Source: Pseudomonas aeruginosa
GTDB taxonomy: Bacteria > Pseudomonadota > Gammaproteobacteria > Pseudomonadales > Pseudomonadaceae
Direction: 5' to 3'
Assembly (NCBI RefSeq): GCF_001457615.1
Contig: NZ_LN831024.1
Location: 180,001 to 212,000 of the forward strand
Length of the DNA stretch: 32,000 bases
In this document: piece after piece, positions 8,684 through 14,610 of the stretch
Layout of the letters: each line of letters begins with the position of its first letter
Position numbering within the stretch: the stretch's first letter is position 1
Program-made: the position numbers and the translations under genes
The notes under the pieces: model-generated
What the model was told of the DNA's origin: nothing
Databases searched by the model: none
Seen by the model: only the letters and a program-made list of their open reading frames with translations

Positions 8684-8973
8684 TCCAGTTTTCTTCGCGC
8701 TGCCAACCCAAAGTCGAGCACGCCCCTCCCGACCACGCACCAGTGCAAGGCAAAAACTGTCCTTGGGGTCAGGTTTTTGCCGTCGTAGAGAGGTTGGAGG
8801 CATTTCGCCGCCTTTGTCCAAAACACTGAAAAAACAGGCGTTCCCTTCGCCGCAGGAAACCCGGCGAAGCGCCCGCGCCGTCTTGGCTTCGTTCTTGCTA
8901 TCCATGGCGAGGCCTGACCGCTCGGACAGGTTCGCCCACTAGAAGAAAAGCTATTCACTCCAGGAGCGTTTCA

Positions 8974-9810
8974 ATGAGCCGCACACTCGCCACCGTGATG
9001 CTAGCCGGGGGGCTACTGGCCGCAGGCCAGGCTGTCGCCGAAGACCATGACATGACGCCGACCCACGAGACCGACTCGGGGCCGCTGCTCTGGCACAACG
9101 AGAGCCTGACCTACCTCTACGGCAAGAACTTCAAGATCAACCCGCCGATCCAGCAGACCTTCACCCTGGAACATGCCAGCGGCTGGACCTGGGGCGACCT
9201 GTTCATCTTCTTCGACCAGATCAACTACAACGGCAAGGAAGACGCCAGCAACGGCAAGAACACCTACTACGGCGAGATCACTCCGCGCCTGAGCTTCGGC
9301 AAGCTCACCGGAGCGGACCTCTCCTTCGGCCCGGTGAAGGACGTGCTGCTGGCCGGCACCTACGAGTTCGGCGAAGGCGACACCGAGGCCTACCTGCTCG
9401 GCCCGGGCTTCGACCTGGCGATCCCCGGCTTCGACTACTTCCAGCTCAACTTCTACTACCGCAAGCCCGACGGCAACCGCGTGCGCGCCGGCGCCTGGCA
9501 GATCACCCCGGTGTGGTCCTACACCATTCCGGTGGGCAACTCCGACATCCTCATCGACGGCTACATGGACTGGGTGATCAACAACAAGAGCGCCAGCACC
9601 AGCCGCCGCAACCAGAGCGACTATCACGCCAACCTGCACTTCAACCCACAGGTCAAGTACGACCTGGGCAAGGCCCTCGGCTACGAGCCTAAGCACCTGT
9701 ACGTGGGCCTGGAGTACGACTACTGGTCCGACAAGTACGGTGTGAAGGACTCGCAGTACTTCACCACCGACCAGAACACCGCAAGCTTCCTGGTCAAGTA
9801 CCACTTCTGA
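8974..9810 (+). CDS. Tsx/OmpK-family outer-membrane nucleoside-type channel (PA0165-like)
   Basis: AGGAG at 8962-8966 lies 7 nt before the ATG. The signal peptide ends AVA|ED. 'ITPRLSFGKLTGADLSFGPVKDVLLAGTYEF' closely resembles the Vibrio OmpK / E. coli Tsx segment 'PRLSIDGLTGKDLSFGPVQELYVAT'. The aromatic C-terminus ...KYHF is typical of beta-barrel outer-membrane proteins. Confidence 0.8.
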   Translation: MSRTLATVMLAGGLLAAGQAVAEDHDMTPTHETDSGPLLWHNESLTYLYGKNFKINPPIQQTFTLEHASGWTWGDLFIFFDQINYNGKEDASNGKNTYYGEITPRLSFGKLTGADLSFGPVKDVLLAGTYEFGEGDTEAYLLGPGFDLAIPGFDYFQLNFYYRKPDGNRVRAGAWQITPVWSYTIPVGNSDILIDGYMDWVINNKSASTSRRNQSDYHANLHFNPQVKYDLGKALGYEPKHLYVGLEYDYWSDKYGVKDSQYFTTDQNTASFLVKYHF

Positions 9811-10051
9811 GTCCGTCGCGCGGGGCTACCGGCCGGGCCCCGCCAGCGCGCCCCGTCATTGCGCGCCGTGCATCGGCACGGTGCGCGACGGTCGCCTTCG
9901 TCGTCCTTGCGTTTGCCTCCCGTTGTTCGCTCGACCCACGCCGGGCGCGCCCTGCAGCCTGAGCGGCAGGAATAAGCTGATCACCTGGACAGCTTTTTGC
10001 AGAAGCCGTGCATCCTCCTCCTGTCCGAGGAGCGCCACTTGAGACGGCCCG

Positions 10052-11458
10052 ATGCATAGCGAAGACCAGCGCCCCAACGACCTCATCTACGGCCTCGACG
10101 ACCGGCCGCGCCCGCTTCCCGCCTTCCTTGCCGCGCTACAGCACGTGCTGGCCAGCTTCGTCGGTATCGTCACTCCGCCGCTGGTGATCGGCTCGCTGCT
10201 CGGCCTCGGCGAGCACCTGCCATACCTGATCAGCATGGCGCTGATGGTTTCCGGCGCCGGCACCCTGATCCAGGCGCGCCGGCCGTTCGGCATCGGCGCC
10301 GGGATGATCTGCCTGCAAGGCACCAGCTTCGCCTTCCTCGGCGCCGTGCTGGCCGCCGGGATGCTGGTGAAGCAGCGCGGCGGCGGTCCCGAGGAGATCC
10401 TCGCGATGATCTTCGGCGTGTGCTTCTTCGGCGCCTTCGTGCAGATCGTCCTCAGTCGTTTCCTCGGCCATCTTCGCCGGGTGATCACGCCGCTGGTCAC
10501 CGGCATCGTCATCACCCTGATCGGCGTCAGCCTGATCAAGGTCGGCATCACCGACCTCGGCGGCGGAGCCGGGGCCACGGACTTCGGCGCACCGGCCAAT
10601 CTCGCGCTGGGCGCGCTGGTGCTGCTGAGCATCGTCCTGCTGAACCGCTCGCGCCTGCCCTGGCTGCGCCTGGCCGCCATCGTCATCGGCCTGGCGCTGG
10701 GTACCCTGGCGGCCTGGGCGACCGGCCTGTTCGTTCCGCGGGCGTTGCCCGAGCTGCCGCTGGTCAGCCTGCCGCAGCCGTTCCGCTTCGGCTTCGCCTT
10801 CGACTGGATGGCCTTCCTGCCGGTGGCGCTGATCTACCTGATCAGCAGCATCGAGACGGTCGGCGATCTGACCGCCAACTGCATGCTCTCGCGGCAGCCC
10901 CTGGAGGGACCGGCGTACCTGCAGCGGTTGCGCGGCGGGGTGCTCGGCGACGGCGTCAGTTGCCTGCTGGCAGCCACCTTCAGCGCCTTCCCGAACACCA
11001 CCTTCGCGCAGAACAACGGGGTGATCCAGCTCACCGGGGTGGCCAGCCGGCACGTCGGGATCTATATCGGCGGCGTGTTGCTGGCGCTCGGCCTGTTCCC
11101 CTGGGTCGGCGCGATCCTCCAGCAGATCCCCAAGCCGGTGCTCGGTGGCGCCACCCTGGTGATGTTCGGCAGCGTCGCCGCCGCCGGCATCCGCATTCTC
11201 GGCCAGACCGCAATGGACCGCCGCAGCGTGCTGATCATCGCCGCCTCGTTCGGCGTCGGCCTCGGCGTGGCCGCGCAGCCGACCCTGCTCGACCAGATGC
11301 CGGCGGTGGTGAAGACCCTGTTCGACTCGGCGATCACCAGCGGCGGCATCACCGCCATCCTGCTCAACCTGCTGCTGCCCGAGGAGCGTGTTGCCGAAGC
11401 GGCGCAGGCCAGCGCGAAGGGCGGCGCCCTGGCGCGCTGGCGCAAGCCGCTGGGTTGA
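10052..11458 (+). CDS. NAT/NCS2-family nucleobase (xanthine/uracil-type) permease (PA0166-like)
   Basis: It is a polytopic membrane protein. It carries the NAT signature 'FAQNNGVIQLTG' ([Q/E/P]-N-x-G-x4-T-[R/K/G]) and an N-terminus 'LPAFLAALQHVLASFVGIVTPPLVIG' typical of the family. Confidence 0.85.
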   Translation: MHSEDQRPNDLIYGLDDRPRPLPAFLAALQHVLASFVGIVTPPLVIGSLLGLGEHLPYLISMALMVSGAGTLIQARRPFGIGAGMICLQGTSFAFLGAVLAAGMLVKQRGGGPEEILAMIFGVCFFGAFVQIVLSRFLGHLRRVITPLVTGIVITLIGVSLIKVGITDLGGGAGATDFGAPANLALGALVLLSIVLLNRSRLPWLRLAAIVIGLALGTLAAWATGLFVPRALPELPLVSLPQPFRFGFAFDWMAFLPVALIYLISSIETVGDLTANCMLSRQPLEGPAYLQRLRGGVLGDGVSCLLAATFSAFPNTTFAQNNGVIQLTGVASRHVGIYIGGVLLALGLFPWVGAILQQIPKPVLGGATLVMFGSVAAAGIRILGQTAMDRRSVLIIAASFGVGLGVAAQPTLLDQMPAVVKTLFDSAITSGGITAILLNLLLPEERVAEAAQASAKGGALARWRKPLG

Positions 11459-11550
11459 TACGGGCGTTTGCAAATTTTTCCGCGCCTGGCTTGTGTCCCG
11501 CGGCCGGGCTGGGGTATCAACGCGGGGATCACGCCGATGGAAACCTGCGC

Positions 11551-12216
11551 ATGACCCTGACAGTGCCCGCCCACGACCCGGCCGCCCGCGACAAGCCGGC
11601 CGGGCGCATCCGCCAGAAGAACGAGGAGGCGATCCTCGCCGCGGCCGAGGAGGAGTTCGCCCGCCACGGCTTCAAGGGCACCAGCATGAACACCATCGCG
11701 CAGAACGTCGGCCTGCCCAAGGCCAACCTGCACTACTACTTCGGCAACAAGCTGGGCCTCTACACGGCGGTGCTGAGCAACATCCTCGAACTCTGGGACA
11801 GTACCTTCAACACCCTCGGCGTCGACGACGATCCGGCCGAGGCGCTGGCCCGCTACATCCGCGCCAAGATGGAGTTCTCCCGCCGCTACCCGCTGGCCTC
11901 GCGGATCTTCGCCATGGAGATCATCAGCGGCGGCGAGTGCCTCACCGCGCATTTCAACCAGGACTACCGCAGCTGGTTCCGCGGCCGCGCCGCGGTATTC
12001 GAGGCCTGGATCGCCGCCGGCCGGATGGACCCGGTGGATCCCGTGCACCTGATCTTCCTGCTCTGGGGCAGCACCCAGCACTACGCCGACTTCGCCAGCC
12101 AGATCGGCCTGGTCACCGGCCGCAAGCGCATGTCCAGGCAGGACTTCGCCGCCGCCGCCGACAACCTGGTGCGGATCATCCTCAAGGGCTGCGGACTGAC
12201 CCCGCCGGCGGCCTGA
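11551..12216 (+). CDS. TetR-family regulator, RutR-like (PA0167-like)
   Basis: It aligns by eye along its full length to E. coli RutR, for example 'HLIFLLWGSTQHYADFASQIGLVTG' against RutR 'HLIFMIWASTQHYADFAPQVEAVTG'. The HTH reads 'FKGTSMNTIAQNVGLPKANLHYYF'. The track fuses it into a 598-aa ORF; I trimmed it to the ATG at 11551. Confidence 0.85.
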   Translation: MTLTVPAHDPAARDKPAGRIRQKNEEAILAAAEEEFARHGFKGTSMNTIAQNVGLPKANLHYYFGNKLGLYTAVLSNILELWDSTFNTLGVDDDPAEALARYIRAKMEFSRRYPLASRIFAMEIISGGECLTAHFNQDYRSWFRGRAAVFEAWIAAGRMDPVDPVHLIFLLWGSTQHYADFASQIGLVTGRKRMSRQDFAAAADNLVRIILKGCGLTPPAA

Positions 12217-12221
12217 ACGCG

Positions 12222-12812
12222 ATGCCGAGCACCCTGCAAGGCCTCGCCGAATACCGCGAGGAAATCCGCAAGAGCCGCTTCCACACCATCGCCGCGCCGG
12301 TGGCCGACGAGGACGAGGCGCAGGCGTTCATCGCCGCCCACCGCGACGCTTCCGCCGGACACAACTGCTGGGCCTGGAAGTGCGGCGCGCAGTACCGCTT
12401 CAGCGACGACGGCGAACCCGGCGGCAGCGCCGGGCGGCCGATCCTGGCGGCCATCGAGGGACAGGACATGGACTGCGTGGCGGTGCTGGTCAGCCGCTGG
12501 TTCGGTGGCATCAAGCTCGGCACCGGCGGCCTCGCCCGCGCCTATGGCGGCGGCGCGGCCAAGTGCCTGCAGCAGGCGCCGCGCAGCGAGCTGGTCGAGC
12601 GCTGTCGGGTGCGCTTCGCCTGTGCCTTCGCCGACCACGCGCTGCTCAAGGCGCGCAGCCTGGCGCTGGGCGCCAGCGTGGCGGCCGAAGACTACGGCGC
12701 CGACGGCGTCGTCCTGACCCTGGAGTTGCCGGTGGCGCGCTTCGAGGCGCTTCAGGCGCTGCTGGTGGACCTCAGCCGAGGCCAGGTGCGGCCGCAGCGG
12801 CTGGACGCCTGA
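12222..12812 (+). CDS. YigZ/IMPACT-family protein (UPF0029) (PA0168-like)
   Basis: Family motifs are present: 'IRKSRFHTIAAPV', 'HNCWAWK', 'SDDGEPGGSAGRPIL', 'VLVSRWFGGIKLGTGGLARAYG'. The ATG at 12222 lies 5 nt after the TetR stop codon. Confidence 0.8.
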   Translation: MPSTLQGLAEYREEIRKSRFHTIAAPVADEDEAQAFIAAHRDASAGHNCWAWKCGAQYRFSDDGEPGGSAGRPILAAIEGQDMDCVAVLVSRWFGGIKLGTGGLARAYGGGAAKCLQQAPRSELVERCRVRFACAFADHALLKARSLALGASVAAEDYGADGVVLTLELPVARFEALQALLVDLSRGQVRPQRLDA

Positions 12813-12818
12813 GGAGGC

Positions 12819-13646
12819 TCAGCGCGCTGGAGCCGGGCGGGAAGGGGCAGGAAGCGGCGGGAGCGCGGCGAACACGCATTTGTCGCGGCCGCTGCGCTTG
12901 GCGTCGAGCAGTGCGGCGTCGGCGCGATTGACGGTCTGCGAATAGGTTTCGCCGATGCGGTGTTCGGTAACGCCGACGCTGGCGGTGACGCTCAGCGCCT
13001 CGGTGCCGACGCGTACCGCCAGGGTCCGTACGCTGTCGCGCACCCGCTCGAGTACCGGGCCGGCGTCCTGCAGGCGGGTCTGTGGCAGCAGCAGGAGGAA
13101 TTCCTCGCCGCCCCAGCGGCCGCAGAGGTCGTATTCGCGTAGCTCGGACTCCATGGCCCGGGCGATTTCCACCAGCACCCGGTCACCGCTGTCGTGGCCC
13201 CAGGTATCGTTGACCTGCTTGAAGAAGTCCACATCGAGCATTGCCAGCACGTAGCTCTGGCCGTGGCGCTGGGAGCGTTCGTTCTCCTCCCTGAGGCGCT
13301 CCAGCAGCATGCGTCGGTTGGGCAGGCCGGTCAGCGGGTCGCGGATCGAGGCTTCCTTCAGCGCCAGGTTGAGGTCGCGCATCATCTGCTGGTAGCGGTC
13401 GGAGATCCGCGCCACCTTTTCCAGGCGCCGCAGCTGCTTGTGGTAGCGCTCGGACAGCGACAGGTTCTGCTCCCGCGCCATCGACTGGAATCCGTCGGAG
13501 ATCCGGGCGATGCGCTCCAGCCGCACCAGTTGCTCCAGCGATTGCTGGCGCAGGCGGGCCAGCGCCTGGTGCAGCGGATGCCCGTGGAACTGCGGATCGG
13601 CCAGCAGGCCGTCGATCCAGGCGTCCAGTTCGCGTTCGCGGCTCAT
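12819..13646 (-). CDS. siaD: Diguanylate cyclase SiaD (coiled-coil stalk plus GGDEF domain, active site GGEEF)
   Basis: 'RDPLTGLPNRR...LAMLDVDFFKQVNDTWGHDSGDRVL...GRWGGEEFLLLLP' is a canonical GGDEF domain. The operon context is siaABCD. Confidence 0.92.
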   Translation of the reverse strand: MSRERELDAWIDGLLADPQFHGHPLHQALARLRQQSLEQLVRLERIARISDGFQSMAREQNLSLSERYHKQLRRLEKVARISDRYQQMMRDLNLALKEASIRDPLTGLPNRRMLLERLREENERSQRHGQSYVLAMLDVDFFKQVNDTWGHDSGDRVLVEIARAMESELREYDLCGRWGGEEFLLLLPQTRLQDAGPVLERVRDSVRTLAVRVGTEALSVTASVGVTEHRIGETYSQTVNRADAALLDAKRSGRDKCVFAALPPLPAPSRPAPAR

Positions 13647-13652
13647 CGTCGG

Positions 13653-14033
13653 CTACTCGTCGTGGGCCTGGATGGCGAAGGGGAAGCTGCAGTCCTCGCG
13701 GAACTCCTCGGCCAGCTCGGCGACCCGTTCGTTGCGCCGGTCGTAGTGCCAGCGCAGGCTGACCGGGCGACCGCCCTGGTGGGCCTCTTCGAGCAGGTCG
13801 AGGATGTCCATCATGGCCTTGATCGAACTGGTGTTCAGGTACAGCAGGCGCAGGTCCAGTTCCAGCGGCCGCTGCCCGGCGGCGAGGAAGCGCTCGACCC
13901 AGTCGATCACCTGGCCGAACAGTTCATAGGAGTTTTCCGGGTAGGAATCGCCTTGCATGGACAGGCGTCCGGCCTGCCAGTCGCCCTGGATGGCGGGCGT
14001 GGACTGGGTGCCGGGTATGTGCAGGTCACTCAT
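13653..14033 (-). CDS. siaC: SiaC, the partner-switch protein (DUF1987 family) that activates SiaD
   Basis: It is a 126-aa ORF between siaB and siaD. It contains 'LRLLYLNTSSIKAMMDIL' with Thr68, the phosphosite reported for SiaC. The gaps to neighbouring genes are 6 and 26 bp. Confidence 0.9.
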   Translation of the reverse strand: MSDLHIPGTQSTPAIQGDWQAGRLSMQGDSYPENSYELFGQVIDWVERFLAAGQRPLELDLRLLYLNTSSIKAMMDILDLLEEAHQGGRPVSLRWHYDRRNERVAELAEEFREDCSFPFAIQAHDE

Positions 14034-14059
14034 GATGGTGTTCTTCCTAAAACACGGGG

Positions 14060-14602
14060 TCAGATCACGGCGCGCAGGCTGAAGAAGGCGCGCCCGTCGG
14101 GCTGTTCCTTCAGCGATGCGGCCAGTGGTTCGCTGGACTTGCGGGCGATGTCCAGCAGGCCGAGACCGGCTCCGCTGGCGCAGCCGCTGTCGCGCGGGCG
14201 GCGTAGCTGCTCCTTGTAGGCGGCCTTGAGGGCGGCCTTGTCGAGGTTGGCGATGGCCTGGATGCTGCGCACCAGGCTCTGGCCGTCGTCGCGTTCCACC
14301 AGGTTGCCGGCGGACACCACGTAGTGGCCGTCCTCGTTGCGGGCGATGGCTACCGTGGCCGCCGCCTCGTGTTCGCCGTAGCCCTTGAGATTGGCGTAGT
14401 GGCGGATGTTCTGGGTCATCTCGATGTACACCGCGAAGACGTCCATCGCTTCGCTCGGCTTGGCCTGTTCGGCGTGCAGGTAGTTGCGCAGCGCGTGGCC
14501 TATCTCCTCGATCAGGCTGCGCGAGATCGGTCCGTTGAAGCAGAGCAGGATGCGTTGGCGGGTGTAGCTTTCACGCATGGCCAGCAGGTCTAGCGTTTCC
14601 AT
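14060..14602 (-). CDS. siaB: SiaB, protein kinase / anti-sigma-factor-like (GHKL-type) partner of SiaC
   Basis: The sequence is 'METLDLLAMRESYTRQRILLCFNGPIS...SGCASGAGLGLLDIARKS...FFSLRAVI'. The track ORF 14060..15784 is an artefactual 5' extension across siaA. I trimmed it to the ATG at 14602, 8 nt after the siaA stop. Confidence 0.88.
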   Translation of the reverse strand: METLDLLAMRESYTRQRILLCFNGPISRSLIEEIGHALRNYLHAEQAKPSEAMDVFAVYIEMTQNIRHYANLKGYGEHEAAATVAIARNEDGHYVVSAGNLVERDDGQSLVRSIQAIANLDKAALKAAYKEQLRRPRDSGCASGAGLGLLDIARKSSEPLAASLKEQPDGRAFFSLRAVI

Positions 14603-14610
14603 GGGTGCCC

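Noticed and set aside
8500-8958. ORFs inside the ggt-to-tsx-like spacer: 8500..8958(-), 8606..8788(+) and 8661..8942(+).
   Set aside because: There are no SD sequences, the composition is atypical, and none has recognisable motifs. The region is better explained as a regulatory or leader sequence.
9813-9891. The cloverleaf-shaped 79-nt fold could be a tRNA or tRNA-like gene.
   Set aside because: There is no T-loop GTTCGAATC-type motif, no D-loop signature, and the wrong arm lengths (9-bp outer stem). It is kept only as a possible mRNA structure.
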